NCBI GenBank assembly: GCA_947458785.1
Contig: CANGZU010000004.1
Coordinates: 1 to 51,691, forward strand
Length of the DNA: 51,691 nt
DNA from: Ignavibacteria bacterium
GTDB taxonomy: Bacteria > Bacteroidota > Ignavibacteria > Kapaibacteriales > Kapaibacteriaceae
Direction: 5' to 3'
The notes beneath the pieces are model-generated. The model ran no database searches. It was not told the DNA's origin and saw only the letters and a list, made by a program, of their open reading frames with translations. Below, piece by piece: positions 10,001 through 20,170 of this stretch (positions are counted from its first letter, which is position 1; each line of letters opens with the position of its first letter). Made by a program: the position numbers and the translations under genes.

Positions 10001-11896
10001 TCAGTTTCTTCATCGAACATCGTCGATGGTACGATCACAGCCTCGGATGTTGCAGACGGAACACTGAGTTCGGCCAAGATGACTGCAACTGGTGTAACGG
10101 GGGCTTCATACGGTACATCGACACAGGTAGGACAGTTTACCGTTGATGCAGCTGGCCGCATAACCACTGCACAGAACGTTACAATCTCCGGTGTAGTCCC
10201 GGGCGGCAGTGCTGGTGGAGCTCTCACGGGAACGTACCCTAGTCCATCGCTCGCAACAAACAGTGTTGGCTCGGGCAACATCACAGACGGATCGATTGCA
10301 ACGTCTGATCTCGCAGACGGAGCTGTTACAACCAACAAGTTGGCTGCTACTGGCGTAAATGCAGGAACATTTGGTTCTGCCACGCAGGTGGGACAGTTTA
10401 CCGTAGATGCTTCCGGTCGGATTACAAGCGCTGGCAACGTAACGATCACCGGCGCCGCTCCTACAGGCGCGGCTGGTGGTGCACTGTCTGGCACCTATCC
10501 AAATCCAACACTCGCCACAGGCGCAGTAAGTTCTACGTCTATTGCAGACGGCGCTGTTGGCTCGGCTGACCTTGCAGATGGTGCAGTAACGGATGCGAAA
10601 CTTTCGAATACCGCTGTAACCAGTGGCACGTATGGTTCAGCCACGCAGGTTGGTCAGTTCACTGTCGATGCCAAGGGTCGCATCACAAGTGCCACCAATG
10701 TCACCATCACAGGGGCATCGCCAACGGGTACAGCCGGTGGTGCACTCGCAGGAACGTTCCCTAATCCAACACTCGCCAATGGCTCTGTAGGATCGGCAAA
10801 CATCATCGATGGCTCTGTATCAACAGTAGATCTTGCTGATAATGCAGTCACCACAGCAAAGGTTGCTGACGGCGCGATCACCAGTGCGAAGCTCAGCACA
10901 ACGGGTGTTGCCGCCGGTTCGTATGGTACTGCCACTGAAGTTGGATCGTTTACAGTCGATTCGAAGGGTCGCGTCACAGCAGCAGCCAACATCACGATTG
11001 CCGGTGTCACGCCAGGCGGAAGTGCGGGCGGCGCTCTCACTGGTACGTATCCGAATCCGACTCTCGCTACAGGGGCGGTCACATCCACATCGATACTTGA
11101 CGGAGCTGTGGGCACGGCAGATATTGCTGACGGTTCGGTAACAAGTGCTAAGCTCTCAAACACTGCCGTCACGGCAGGCCAGTACGGCACAGCAACACAA
11201 GTAGGTTCATTCACAGTTGACGCGCAAGGTCGCGTAACGGCAGCCAACAACGTAACCATCAGCGGTGTTGCTCCAGGTGGAACAGCTGGTGGTGATCTCA
11301 ATGGCTCCTATCCGAATCCAACGGTTGACGGCCTTCAGGGCCGCGCAGTAGCAGCAACGGCTCCAACGAACAACCAAGTGCTCACGTGGGATGCAACTGC
11401 TAACACATGGAAGCCGGCAACGGTTTCTGCTGACGCATCTACGATCGGTGGCAAGCAGATTACATCACCATTGACACTGCAAGATGGCTTTGCTCTCGTC
11501 TACGACGCTGCTACTGATAAATGGGTAGCTGAGAATCCATCTAGTAACATTGGCAAGTTTGTTCTAACAGAAGGCACAACCATCGACATTGATCTTCTAC
11601 GCGGTGCCACGACTGTCATCAACAACATCAACATTTCTGACAACGCATTTTTCCGCATGATCAATGCAGGCCAAGGCTCTGATATCACCGGCTTTGATAA
11701 TGGTGAGAATGGACGTGTGATCATCATCATCAATCAGTCCGGCAAGAACATCACGTTCCAGAACGAGGACAATCGTTCTGCTGTCGACAATCGCCTCGTC
11801 CTCGGCGTAGCGAATAAGACAATTGGCAACAACCAATCGATCACGTTTATCTACTCTGGAACGCTTCAGAAGTGGGTTCTTATGGCAACAACGTAA
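7043..11896 (+). CDS. Secreted tail-fibre-like repeat protein (fibre 2), 1617 aa
   Basis: ATG 7043 gives a signal peptide (..ISALA|Q) that aligns with fibre 1. Same N-domain, 13 modules with decapeptide runs, near-identical C-terminal domain. Confidence 0.9.
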   Translation: MAQTIARGLFMALMFAVFIAAASISALAQTGIPKKITYQGVLIDTTGIPVCDSVWTVDLTVYNVAIGGTGVWNERHTVTTSGGVFNVILGEKSPLNISFDQSLWLGTSINSQPELTPRVFLTAVPYALNALNAKSAEIASAVTPQVADSIRQSINNPTNNMGDVLINAINGTGTTTINAARVQGAASGAGSDITVNGPLNALNLKINDNTIGAAALQEIHQGPLGPFGSSNTSTVLRVDEQGRVTFAEQVPIIGVPPGGTAGGELTGFYPAPTIKNGVITTEKIARGAVTTTELADNSVTTSKLVDFNVTTPKLAEGAVTSEKISGGAVTTTKIADKSVTEQKLADFAITSQKIAPNTITGANIKDGSIGSDELSQMPLDAGLYGSSTLIPQMYVDKSGRIVTIQNVPLAGSPPIGPAGGALVGSYPNPQLALGVVGTENIKDAAVTTAKILDGAVSNADLASNSVSTDKIIDRSVTSQKLIPTGVNPGQYGSSTHSAVVAVDSSGRVVTAFSIPIAPTAPSGPAGGSLTGTYPDPQLGNGVVTSANIADGTIQSLDIANGSITSAKLTTTGVTSGIYGNATQVGQVTVDAQGRVTAAQNITISGTTPGGAAGGVLSGTYPNPGLGTGVVTSNNIQDLTITTNDIADGAITAPKHYLSGVTAATYGSNLLVPQITIDARGHITSATNVAISGISPSGPAGGVLSGTYPNPALAAGAVTSAAIADGSITSADLADGAVTASKLANTTVTAGSYGTPTQVGAFTVDAQGRLTAASNVTISGVTPGGAAGGVLSGTYPNPTLAISSVSSANIVDGTITSADIAASGIATTNLADAAVTDAKLSATGVTAATYGSATQVGQFTVNSQGRLTFAGNVTITGTTPGGSAGGALTGTYPNPTLAANSVSSSNITDGSIATGDLGDGIVTPAKLSNTGVSAGVYGSSSQVGQFTVDASGRITSAANVTIAAAAPTGAAGGALAGTYPNPILATGSVSSSNIVDGTITASDVADGTLSSAKMTATGVTGASYGTSTQVGQFTVDAAGRITTAQNVTISGVVPGGSAGGALTGTYPSPSLATNSVGSGNITDGSIATSDLADGAVTTNKLAATGVNAGTFGSATQVGQFTVDASGRITSAGNVTITGAAPTGAAGGALSGTYPNPTLATGAVSSTSIADGAVGSADLADGAVTDAKLSNTAVTSGTYGSATQVGQFTVDAKGRITSATNVTITGASPTGTAGGALAGTFPNPTLANGSVGSANIIDGSVSTVDLADNAVTTAKVADGAITSAKLSTTGVAAGSYGTATEVGSFTVDSKGRVTAAANITIAGVTPGGSAGGALTGTYPNPTLATGAVTSTSILDGAVGTADIADGSVTSAKLSNTAVTAGQYGTATQVGSFTVDAQGRVTAANNVTISGVAPGGTAGGDLNGSYPNPTVDGLQGRAVAATAPTNNQVLTWDATANTWKPATVSADASTIGGKQITSPLTLQDGFALVYDAATDKWVAENPSSNIGKFVLTEGTTIDIDLLRGATTVINNINISDNAFFRMINAGQGSDITGFDNGENGRVIIIINQSGKNITFQNEDNRSAVDNRLVLGVANKTIGNNQSITFIYSGTLQKWVLMATT
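7718..11326 (+). repeat. Nested intragenic protein repeats of fibre 2 (13 modules, ~47 decapeptides)
   Basis: Decapeptide runs counted from the translation: 10,5,3,3,3,4,3,3,3,3,4,3. Confidence 0.85.
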
Positions 11897-11931
11897 TGAC
11901 AGCACCAATGCGTCATAATGAAGGAACAACC

Positions 11932-12840
11932 ATGAGAATAAACATCATCATCCCTCTCCTCCTCGTCATGCTACTTGTTGGCCGCGTGACTGCTCAATAT
12001 GGTGTTGCTGGTGGCGGCGTTACAAGCGGCGCAATCGCAAGCCCCGTTTCGGGCAAGTTCGGATTGCGCGTGTCGATTGGCCAACCATTGCTTGGAGATG
12101 CAGGCCCTGCACCTCGTCTTGCTGGCGGTCTGCAGAGTATCGGCGACTACTATCAACAGAGCTACGAGAACACAACGATTGTTGTTCCCGAGCAGATCCA
12201 ACAGGTTGGAGACACGTTCAACTTCGATCTTAACTACGGTGCTCCATGTGCGTTTTTCCAAGACGGTGTGGAGCGCGAATGGGAATTGAAGCTCACATTC
12301 AACCGAACGGTCCTAGAGCCGCTTGTCTTTGATGCGGTGGACGACAACGGTGAGTATCACACAATCACTGTCACTGGGAAAGCCTCGCTTCAGGCAGGCA
12401 AGCTTGCGACGCTGAAGTTTCTCGCGTTGCTCGGAAACGACAGTACGAGTGTGGTTCGCGTTGAGTCGTTCCGTTGGACGAGTGTACGTCGACAGTTCAC
12501 GCAATCAACTCCTGGATCTGTTACCCTCAAGGGGCTATGCACGACGTACGGCAACACGCGCCTAATCAAAGCACCCGGCAAGACTTCTATTCTTGTTGCT
12601 CCGAACCCAGTTACAGGCTCAACTGTTGGTCTGCGTGTATACGCAGAACAAGCGGTTTCCGGCACAATCGTGATCACTGATATGCACGGCAATGTGATTG
12701 CAAACAAGACAGACGTTGAAGCAGGCTTGCAGTGGCCACTCGTTACCATTGAACTGCCGGTTATTGCAGCTGGCACGTATACTGTGACGTTCGCTGCATC
12801 TGACATCATTGCAAGAACTACTCTTTTGAAACTACCATGA
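11932..12840 (+). CDS. Secreted partner protein 2 with T9SS-type C-terminal sorting domain
   Basis: AAGGA before ATG 11932 and a signal peptide. Shares WELKxxFNRTVLEPL, LGNDS, ESFRW, GLCxTYG and APNPVTGS with partner 1. Confidence 0.78.
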   Translation: MRINIIIPLLLVMLLVGRVTAQYGVAGGGVTSGAIASPVSGKFGLRVSIGQPLLGDAGPAPRLAGGLQSIGDYYQQSYENTTIVVPEQIQQVGDTFNFDLNYGAPCAFFQDGVEREWELKLTFNRTVLEPLVFDAVDDNGEYHTITVTGKASLQAGKLATLKFLALLGNDSTSVVRVESFRWTSVRRQFTQSTPGSVTLKGLCTTYGNTRLIKAPGKTSILVAPNPVTGSTVGLRVYAEQAVSGTIVITDMHGNVIANKTDVEAGLQWPLVTIELPVIAAGTYTVTFAASDIIARTTLLKLP

Positions 12841-13658
12841 TGAACCGCATTCTCGTTCTTATAACGATGTTGATGTTTGGATTGATCCATGCTAGTGCTC
12901 AAGAGTTGCGCTCGAGCGATAGCACAAAGCCTGAATCACGATCGACATCATCGACGGAATGGTCAGTTAATCTCATTGGCTCCTACGGAATGCACGATGT
13001 TGATTTCAATTCTCTGCCTCCAGTAGAGAATTGTTGTTTGGGTTTCGAAAACTCAAACGGCATCGGCTATGGCATTCAGTTAGGTGGCAGTTTCCCATTG
13101 TCTGAAAACGGCCTTCGTCTTTCGACGCGGGCTGGATATCAGCAATTGCCTGTTGCCTATTCGTCGTTTTCGACAAGCCCCGTGTACCTGCCCGGTACTG
13201 GCACTGTAAACGCAGTGTTTAAGCATGGCCTAGATGTTACATTCCACACCGTGCCAGTTCACATAACGTTGGAGTACGAACTTACTGACTGGCTATGGCT
13301 CGGATTGGGGCCAGATGCTTACTACATCGCATCATCTGCGTTTCAACAAACTGAGACGCTCGAGAATCCTTCAGATCTGTTGTTTGAGAACGGATCACGC
13401 ACGCGGATCGACACGACAGGTTCATTGTCGAACTACAATTCGATCGTCTTCAATGCCCACGCTTCACTGCGTGTTCGCCTTGGACGCGATATCGGTTCGA
13501 TTCGCAGTGTTGATCTGCTTGTGGGATATTCACTTCCCCTTACTCCAGTGTTTGATCCTCAAACATGGCAGGGTACAGCCGGGAGCCCCGTTCGCTCGTA
13601 CTTCATCAACAGGTACAACCTCTCACTTCTTACCGCCGGTATTGCGGTTGCGTTGTAG
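12837..13658 (+). CDS. Putative outer-membrane beta-barrel protein 2
   Basis: Signal peptide; shares FNSLPPxENCCxGF and QTETLExPSxLxFExGxR with barrel 1; amphipathic C-terminal strand; ATGA overlap. Confidence 0.75.
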   Translation: MMNRILVLITMLMFGLIHASAQELRSSDSTKPESRSTSSTEWSVNLIGSYGMHDVDFNSLPPVENCCLGFENSNGIGYGIQLGGSFPLSENGLRLSTRAGYQQLPVAYSSFSTSPVYLPGTGTVNAVFKHGLDVTFHTVPVHITLEYELTDWLWLGLGPDAYYIASSAFQQTETLENPSDLLFENGSRTRIDTTGSLSNYNSIVFNAHASLRVRLGRDIGSIRSVDLLVGYSLPLTPVFDPQTWQGTAGSPVRSYFINRYNLSLLTAGIAVAL

Positions 13659-13701
13659 CACGCAGCAACAACGTTGTCATCACTATTTGCTTGCACAAAG
13701 A

Positions 13702-14937
13702 ATGAACAAGATCTCCGTCGCAAATCCCGTCGTCGAGCTCGATGGCGACGAAATGACACGCATCATATGGAAGTTTATCAAGGATAAGCTGATCCTTCCC
13801 TACCTCGATATCGACATCAAGTACTTTGATCTTGGTATGGAGCATCGCGATGCAACGAACGATCAAGTAACCATCGATGCTGCCGAAGCCATTCGTCAGT
13901 ATTCCGTGGGCATCAAGTGTGCAACTATCACACCGGATGAAGCACGCGTCAAGGAGTTCGGGCTAAAGCAGATGTGGAAGTCGCCCAACGGCACCATTCG
14001 CAATATTCTTGACGGAACAGTATTCCGCGAGCCTATCGTCTGTTCAAATGTTCCGCGCCTGGTGCCAAATTGGACCGCGCCGATCTGTATCGGACGTCAT
14101 GCCTTTGGTGACCAGTATCGTGCAACAGACTTCGTTACAAAGGGTAAGGGTAAGCTTACCGTTACATTTACCCCTGAAGACGGCTCTGAGCCACAGAGCT
14201 TCGAGGTATACAACTTCAAGGGTGATGGTGTGGCTCTGGCGATGTACAACACCGATGAATCGATAAGCGGCTTTGCGCGTGCTTGTATGAATCAGGCACT
14301 CGCTAAGGGTTGGCCCTTGTACCTTAGCACGAAGAACACCATTCTCAAAAAGTATGACGGTCGCTTCAAAGACATTTTCGAAGATGTTTACAGTAGCGAA
14401 TTCAAAGATCGATTCGAGGCTGCAGGCATCACCTATGAGCACCGTCTCATCGATGACATGGTGGCCTCGGCACTCAAGTGGCACGGCAACTTCGTATGGG
14501 CATGTAAGAACTACGACGGTGATGTGCAGTCTGACACCGTTGCGCAGGGATTTGGCTCGCTCGGACTGATGACATCAGTCTTGGTTACACCCGATGGTAA
14601 GACCATGGAATCGGAAGCAGCTCATGGTACAGTGACACGTCACTATCGCGACCACCAGCAAGGAAAACCTACCTCAACAAATCCGATCGCCTCAATCTTT
14701 GCATGGACAAGGGGCTTGGAGTTCCGCGGTAAACTTGATGGAAATCAAGAGCTCATCAATTTCTGCCACACTCTCGAACGTGTCTGCATAGACACGGTTG
14801 AGAGCGGCAAGATGACAAAAGACCTCGCTGTGTGCATTCACGGCAACAAGGTCAACCATGGAGAGCACTACCTCTACACACAAGAATTCCTCGACGCACT
14901 CGATACAGAATTGCGCAAGCGCCTAGCTGCAGCATGA
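13702..14937 (+). CDS. icd: NADP-dependent isocitrate dehydrogenase (eukaryote-like dimeric type)
   Basis: [39 protein letters not shown] and [10 protein letters not shown] motifs. Confidence 0.97.
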   Translation: MNKISVANPVVELDGDEMTRIIWKFIKDKLILPYLDIDIKYFDLGMEHRDATNDQVTIDAAEAIRQYSVGIKCATITPDEARVKEFGLKQMWKSPNGTIRNILDGTVFREPIVCSNVPRLVPNWTAPICIGRHAFGDQYRATDFVTKGKGKLTVTFTPEDGSEPQSFEVYNFKGDGVALAMYNTDESISGFARACMNQALAKGWPLYLSTKNTILKKYDGRFKDIFEDVYSSEFKDRFEAAGITYEHRLIDDMVASALKWHGNFVWACKNYDGDVQSDTVAQGFGSLGLMTSVLVTPDGKTMESEAAHGTVTRHYRDHQQGKPTSTNPIASIFAWTRGLEFRGKLDGNQELINFCHTLERVCIDTVESGKMTKDLAVCIHGNKVNHGEHYLYTQEFLDALDTELRKRLAAA

Positions 14938-15584
14938 GCATTGAGAACATTGAGCGTCCGACGCTTCACTATTTCCAAGACACTCTGTGCGGATGGTGCT
15001 ATGGGTTTGGTCCCGTTGTGTCTCGCATAGCAGAAGAATGGTCAGAGCACCTCGAAATCGTCGTTTATGCCGGCGGTATGGTCACGGGAGATAGCATACG
15101 GGCGCTCTCTGAGATGTCCGACTTCATTCGTGGTGCCCGTGCCCGTGTGGAAGAGACCACCGGCGTAACGTTTGGCGAGGCCTTCCTGCATGGACTGCTG
15201 AATCGTAAGGACGTCGTTCTCGACAGTGAGCCCCCTGCCAGAGCCCTCGAGGCCATGCGAGCCATGCAGCCAAGTAATCACATCGCATTTAGCCATCGCC
15301 TCCAGCGTGCGCTGTATGCCGATGGACTTGACATGAACGCTGAGTCGACCTATCGTGTGCTCTCCAGCGAGGCTGGTTTGAACCCAGATGAGTTCATCAT
15401 GCTCATGAACTCCCCCGAGATCAGTGATGCAGTTGCCGACGAGTTCGAATACGTTGCATCTCTTGGCATAGGGGGCTTTCCCACGATGCTTCTCGAAATC
15501 GGCGATAATGTGCACCTGCTCTCGAATGGGTATGCCCCCTATGAGCACATCGACACTATGCTACGATCCGCACTTCATGGGTGA
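14934..15584 (+). CDS. DsbA/thioredoxin-fold protein
   Basis: CGWC active-site motif and GFPT cis-Pro motif; ATGA overlap with icd. Confidence 0.85.
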   Translation: MSIENIERPTLHYFQDTLCGWCYGFGPVVSRIAEEWSEHLEIVVYAGGMVTGDSIRALSEMSDFIRGARARVEETTGVTFGEAFLHGLLNRKDVVLDSEPPARALEAMRAMQPSNHIAFSHRLQRALYADGLDMNAESTYRVLSSEAGLNPDEFIMLMNSPEISDAVADEFEYVASLGIGGFPTMLLEIGDNVHLLSNGYAPYEHIDTMLRSALHG

Positions 15585-15981
15585 TGTCTGAGGCCTTCTC
15601 GAGCATCGCATGGACACCACAGTACTTCGTAACCGACAGCTCAACGGCTCGTTCGACGCTCTCCCTGTCGTCTTCATTGCAACCTACCTCGTAGACCATA
15701 TGCATCGTTGCATACGTCCGTGGGTGGTCCTCCGTTAGCGTGGCTTCAACAACAACTCTTAGCGAGCTAAACTGCACACGCATCTTTGGCAGAATCGAGG
15801 CAACATCGAGTCCTGTACAGCCCGCAAGTCCAGTCAATAAAAGCTGTTTCGGTGATACAGCCTTGCCATCAGGATCCTCATGCGGAGACGACATGATCGT
15901 AAGCGTCCGCCCCTGCTGATGAGCATCAAAAGTGAGGTCGTTTCTCCAAACAACATCGACGACTTGGTTTGGCATGGGCAT
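15556..15981 (-). CDS. OsmC family protein
   Basis: SPKQLLLTGLAGC and LSVTKYCGV motifs. Confidence 0.88.
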   Translation of the reverse strand: MPMPNQVVDVVWRNDLTFDAHQQGRTLTIMSSPHEDPDGKAVSPKQLLLTGLAGCTGLDVASILPKMRVQFSSLRVVVEATLTEDHPRTYATMHMVYEVGCNEDDRESVERAVELSVTKYCGVHAMLEKASDITHEVRIVA

Positions 15982-16032
15982 GCTCCACGGTGCATAGGGT
16001 GTGAATAACTATGTTGATAGCACACAATTTCG

Positions 16033-16040
16033 TATGTTTG
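16033..16040 (+). promoter_or_regulatory. -7 promoter element upstream of DEAD-box helicase
   Basis: TATGTTTG matches TAnnTTTG and implies a ~160-nt 5' UTR. Confidence 0.45.
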
Positions 16041-16202
16041 TGCGTCATACAAAAGACAACGATGCACATGCATCGCGGTTGTTCTTCTCTCTGCCCCGTT
16101 CTCTCCTAGTTGTCGCGGTGAATCACGGTTGCACAGTTGCTGACAAGGTCAGCATGAGAGTTGGTAGCCGATTCACACATATTCACAATTACGGAGAGGT
16201 CT

Positions 16203-17330
16203 ATGACCTTTGCTGATTTGTCGTTGTGCGCGCCCCTACAGAAGGCCGTACAACAAGCGGGTTACACGAACCCAACCCCAATCCAAGAACAAGCTATTCC
16301 CGTTGTCCTCTCTGGACGCGACGTCTTCGGATGCGCACAGACAGGTACAGGTAAGACGGCTGCGTTCGCACTTCCAATTCTGAATAGACTTCACGCCGAA
16401 GGTCCGCAACGTGGCGGCCCCCGCGTGCTTATCCTTGCTCCAACGCGCGAACTGGCCATCCAGATCGACGAGAGCTTCCGCGCTTACGGTGCAGGCATCA
16501 AGGCTCGCACGGTTGTGCTACTCGGTGGAGTTAGCATCCGCCCGCAGATCGAGCGCATCCGACGCGGCGTAGACATCGTGATCGCAACACCTGGGCGTCT
16601 GCTCGATGTGATCGATCATCGTGCCTTGCGCCTTGACAACGTCCATACGTTTGTACTCGACGAAGCAGATCGCATGCTCGACATGGGCTTCTTGCCTTCG
16701 ATCAAGCAGGTCGTCAAGCTTATCCCAACGGAACGTCACACGTTGTTCTTCTCGGCTACCCTGCCGAAGGAGATTCGCTCTCTTGCGAACTCGATCCTTA
16801 CAGATCCAGTGCACATTGCCGTTACGCCAGAGAACACTACGACAGAGATGGTCGATCAACGACTCTACTACGTCGAGCGTGATCGTAAGCGTGCCCTTCT
16901 GACACACCTTGTTAAAGAAGATCTCGATGGAAGCGTTCTTGTGTTTACGAGAACAAAGCGTGGCGCTGACCGAGTTGCGAAGGACCTCATGACTGCTGGA
17001 CTGCGTGTTGCGGCCATTCATGGTGATAAGTCACAGATGGCACGCCAGCGAGCTCTGCAGGACTTCAAGTCCGGCAAAACACGAGTTCTCGTAGCAACAG
17101 ACATTGCCGCTCGCGGTATTGACATAGCAGAACTGCCGTTCGTTGTCAACTACGACGTTCCGGAGAGTCCTGAGACATACGTACACCGCATCGGACGAAC
17201 AGGTCGCGCCGGACGCAATGGTGTAGCACTTACCATTGCAACACCTGAAGACCGTAACCCGCTGCGCGATATCGAGAAGCTCATCAAGATGCGCATACCA
17301 ACTGTGCGCGATCATCCGTTCGAAGGGTAA
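16203..17330 (+). CDS. DEAD-box RNA helicase (RhlE-like)
   Basis: Q motif, AQTGTGKT, PTRELA, TPGRL, DEAD, SAT and HRIGRTGR; GGAGAGG before the ATG. Confidence 0.95.
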   Translation: MTFADLSLCAPLQKAVQQAGYTNPTPIQEQAIPVVLSGRDVFGCAQTGTGKTAAFALPILNRLHAEGPQRGGPRVLILAPTRELAIQIDESFRAYGAGIKARTVVLLGGVSIRPQIERIRRGVDIVIATPGRLLDVIDHRALRLDNVHTFVLDEADRMLDMGFLPSIKQVVKLIPTERHTLFFSATLPKEIRSLANSILTDPVHIAVTPENTTTEMVDQRLYYVERDRKRALLTHLVKEDLDGSVLVFTRTKRGADRVAKDLMTAGLRVAAIHGDKSQMARQRALQDFKSGKTRVLVATDIAARGIDIAELPFVVNYDVPESPETYVHRIGRTGRAGRNGVALTIATPEDRNPLRDIEKLIKMRIPTVRDHPFEG

Positions 17331-17339
17331 CAACCTCCG

Positions 17340-17347
17340 TATATTTG
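17340..17347 (+). promoter_or_regulatory. -7 promoter element
   Basis: TATATTTG, 30 nt before ATG 17378. Confidence 0.45.
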
Positions 17348-17377
17348 ACGAAATCTTTCGACATTCATACCGAAACC

Positions 17378-18286
17378 ATGACAGCGTCAGAGGCACAACA
17401 CGAGCAACAATCTCCAGCAACCGCCGAAGGGGGCGCGCAAAGTGGCGAAGGCCGCAACAGGCGCAGACGCCGTCGCGGCGGGCGCAGGCCAGGTGAAGCT
17501 CGACAAGATGGACAAGAAGTAACTCAATCAGAACAACCTCAGCGGGAAGCAGACAACACTCCCGCTGAGAGCTCTGAATCCCAACAGCAAGGTGCAGACG
17601 GTGAGCGCCGCGGCCGCAATCGGCGCCGTAACCGCCGTGGCAGAGGTGCCGAGGCTGGATCAGAGGGCACCTCCGAGATTGCACAAGAGCCTACAGGCGC
17701 CGAGGGCGACCAAGGTGTCGTGCCAGCTCCCAAAGCTCCTCCTGCGCAACAGCAGAAGCCAAAGCAGGGTCAGCCACAACAGCAGCAGTCAAAGAAACAG
17801 CAAGATCAGCCCAAGAAAGAGCGTCCGCCGCGTGGTTCCGTGCTTAACAGGCGCCAGACAAGGGGCGATTACGACGATGCTCCTAAGGCCAAGGAAGAAG
17901 CGCCAGCATACGTTCCTGTGGTTGCGGCAACAGTCGATGCATATGTGACGCAACATCGTGGCTGGCAGCGCGATGTTCTTGCATCGCTACGCTCTCTCAT
18001 CAAGAGTGCTGTACCCGACATCGAGGAAACAATCATGTGGTCACAACCAGTGTTTCTGTCGAATGGACCAGTCTGTTTTATAAAGGCCTATGCCGAGGCC
18101 GTGCATTTCGGTTTCTGGCGCGGCACAGAGCTGGAAGACTCCGAGGGCCTGCTCACGGGAGACTTGACGAAGATGCGCCACATTGCCATCAAGTCGGCCA
18201 AAGAGATCAAGTCCGATGTCTTTGAGGTGATGGTGCGTCAAGCGACAAAACTCAATCGAGACAAGGGCGACCCAACACTGTCGTAG
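17378..18286 (+). CDS. DUF1801-like domain protein with long Arg/Gln/Glu-rich disordered N-terminus
   Basis: C-terminal 'EETIMWSQP...HFGFWRG...MRHIAI' is DUF1801/YdhG-like. N-terminal ~180 aa is low complexity with two poly-Arg blocks. Confidence 0.75.
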   Translation: MTASEAQHEQQSPATAEGGAQSGEGRNRRRRRRGGRRPGEARQDGQEVTQSEQPQREADNTPAESSESQQQGADGERRGRNRRRNRRGRGAEAGSEGTSEIAQEPTGAEGDQGVVPAPKAPPAQQQKPKQGQPQQQQSKKQQDQPKKERPPRGSVLNRRQTRGDYDDAPKAKEEAPAYVPVVAATVDAYVTQHRGWQRDVLASLRSLIKSAVPDIEETIMWSQPVFLSNGPVCFIKAYAEAVHFGFWRGTELEDSEGLLTGDLTKMRHIAIKSAKEIKSDVFEVMVRQATKLNRDKGDPTLS

Positions 18287-18326
18287 TACAGCGTTACATG
18301 CATGTTGATGTTTCGTGTTTCGTTCC

Positions 18327-19166
18327 TTATCGGAGCGCGGCCTCAAGTGCCGTTCGGGCGTCGGTCTTGTCGTCTCGATACTTGACGATGAGTGGTGTAC
18401 TCACCGACAGACCATTTTCTGTACCCCATCCCGTTTGCACAGCCCTTGATCCTGCTACTACGACAGCCCCCTCGGGAATCTCCAGCGGTACCTCAGAAGA
18501 ACTGCGGATAACTGTCTCACGGACAAGGTCGTAGACCGGCGTGGATGCATTGAGCACAACACCGCTACCGAGAACCGCGCGCTTGCGCACACAGACGCCT
18601 TCGTACACACCGCAATTGCCCCCGACCATGACATCATCTTCGATGATCACCGGACGAGCGCCTGCAGGCTCAAGTACACCACCGATCTGCGCAGCAGCGC
18701 TGATGTGAACACGGGCACCGATCTGCGCACATGTACCAACGAGCGCGTGAGAATCGATCATCGTGCCCTCACCAATCCAGGCACCGATGTTGATGTACAT
18801 AGGGGGCATGCAGATCACGCCAGGCGAGAGGTATGCTCCGGTTCGAATGGATGAGCCACCTGGCACAATACGCACGCCGTCGTCAAGCCCAATTGTCTTC
18901 GTTGGAATAGTATCCTTGTCAAAGAACCTGAAATTGTCATCGGTGGACATATCAATCATCTTGCCTTTGCGGAACAACAGCAGGATCCCCTGCTTCACCC
19001 ACGTGTTCACGATCCAAGAACCATCGTCAATCGGGCTGGCTGCTCTAACAGCGCCAGTATTGAGCGCAAACAGAAAGTCTGAGCATACATCGTTAAGTGC
19101 TGCGTCATAGATAAGCTCGGATGACGGCAATGCAAACAGGCGTTCTACTTCGTGTTGGAGATTCAT
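18327..19166 (-). CDS. dapD: Tetrahydrodipicolinate N-succinyltransferase
   Basis: [13 protein letters not shown] and GGVLEP motifs with hexapeptide repeats. Confidence 0.93.
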   Translation of the reverse strand: MNLQHEVERLFALPSSELIYDAALNDVCSDFLFALNTGAVRAASPIDDGSWIVNTWVKQGILLLFRKGKMIDMSTDDNFRFFDKDTIPTKTIGLDDGVRIVPGGSSIRTGAYLSPGVICMPPMYINIGAWIGEGTMIDSHALVGTCAQIGARVHISAAAQIGGVLEPAGARPVIIEDDVMVGGNCGVYEGVCVRKRAVLGSGVVLNASTPVYDLVRETVIRSSSEVPLEIPEGAVVVAGSRAVQTGWGTENGLSVSTPLIVKYRDDKTDARTALEAALR

Positions 19167-20089
19167 GGTTTCTTCTTTGCAGTCCGAAGGGTTGAAGGAG
19201 AGAAGGCAAGATTCAGGATCTTGTATATCAAACGTGCGGTCGTAAGATCAGGGTGAGAGACATCCTTGACAGGAGCCAATTCGACAACATCAAGTCCAAC
19301 GATGCGCCGTCCCGATGCTATGACCTGTCGGATCACATCGATCGTTTCACTGTAGTAGAGTCCGTCTGGCTCCGGCGTACCGGTAGAGGGCATGATTGCG
19401 GGATCGAAGACATCTACGTCAAACGTGATGTAGACGTCTTTGGCAAGTGTGTCAACAACAGTCTTCTGCCAGTTTGCTCCATGTAATCCCCTTCGGATAG
19501 CAGAGGCATAGAACGTGTTGATTTTTTTCGATCGAATGAACTCTGACTCTTCCTTGCATTGGGCGCGGATACCGACCTGTGTTATGCATTTGGTTGGAAA
19601 GAATTCTGCGACGCGCGCCATGAAGGATGCATGCGACCAAATCGAGCCCTGATACTCCTGGCGCAGGTCAGAATGTGCGTCAAAATGCAGGATGCTCATC
19701 TTCGGATACTTACGATAGTGTGCAGCAATTGGTGCCGTCGAAATGGTATGCTCTCCACCAAGTGTGACCACAAACTTGTCCATCTCCAACAGGGCATCAA
19801 CATGCTCCTCAATGATCGTCAGCGCTGCTTTGTTAACGCTCTTGCCAAACGATAGGGGCTTTAGGGTAGCTATCCCCTTGTCAAAGCAGAGCTCGCGATC
19901 GGTCTCATCATCATAGAACTCTACATATGCGCTCGCATTGAGGATACCTTTGGGTCCATGCTTTGCCCCACCGCCATAACTAACAGTATGCTCGTAGGGG
20001 GCTGAAACAATTGCAATAGCAGACGACTCGAGGGAGGAATGCTCTTCGTCAATTGCCAGGAAGTTCTTTTTCGGTCCAAGAGTTTGCAT
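19163..20089 (-). CDS. speB: Agmatinase
   Basis: GGEH, DAHSD, DVDVFDP and TGTPEP ureohydrolase motifs. Confidence 0.9.
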   Translation of the reverse strand: MQTLGPKKNFLAIDEEHSSLESSAIAIVSAPYEHTVSYGGGAKHGPKGILNASAYVEFYDDETDRELCFDKGIATLKPLSFGKSVNKAALTIIEEHVDALLEMDKFVVTLGGEHTISTAPIAAHYRKYPKMSILHFDAHSDLRQEYQGSIWSHASFMARVAEFFPTKCITQVGIRAQCKEESEFIRSKKINTFYASAIRRGLHGANWQKTVVDTLAKDVYITFDVDVFDPAIMPSTGTPEPDGLYYSETIDVIRQVIASGRRIVGLDVVELAPVKDVSHPDLTTARLIYKILNLAFSPSTLRTAKKKP

Positions 20090-20170
20090 GATCAGTTTGG
20101 AGTGGTGTAGAAGAGTTGCAATTTAGCTGGTAGGCCACAGAGAACGAACTCATGGGAAGTATATAGAGGA

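Noticed and set aside
695-11301. Many antisense and alternate-frame ORFs over the fibre genes
   Set aside because: Shadow ORFs caused by the repetitive Ala/Gly/Thr/Val codon pattern; no independent signals
4683-11893. Diversity-generating retroelement TR/VR pair in the similar 3' ends
   Set aside because: Both copies are coding, differences are mostly synonymous and not adenine-specific, and no reverse transcriptase is present
132-11896. Prophage or tailocin, suggested by tail-fibre-like proteins
   Set aside because: The fibres have Sec signal peptides, and there are no capsid, baseplate, sheath, lysis or integrase genes in the window
13315-13701. 129-aa N-terminal extension of icd
   Set aside because: It overlaps barrel 2 in another frame; IDH homology starts at MNKISV (13702)
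17320-17380. Read-through or frameshift fusing the helicase to the downstream Arg-rich ORF
   Set aside because: The frames differ, no slippery site is evident, and the downstream gene has its own -7 element and ATG
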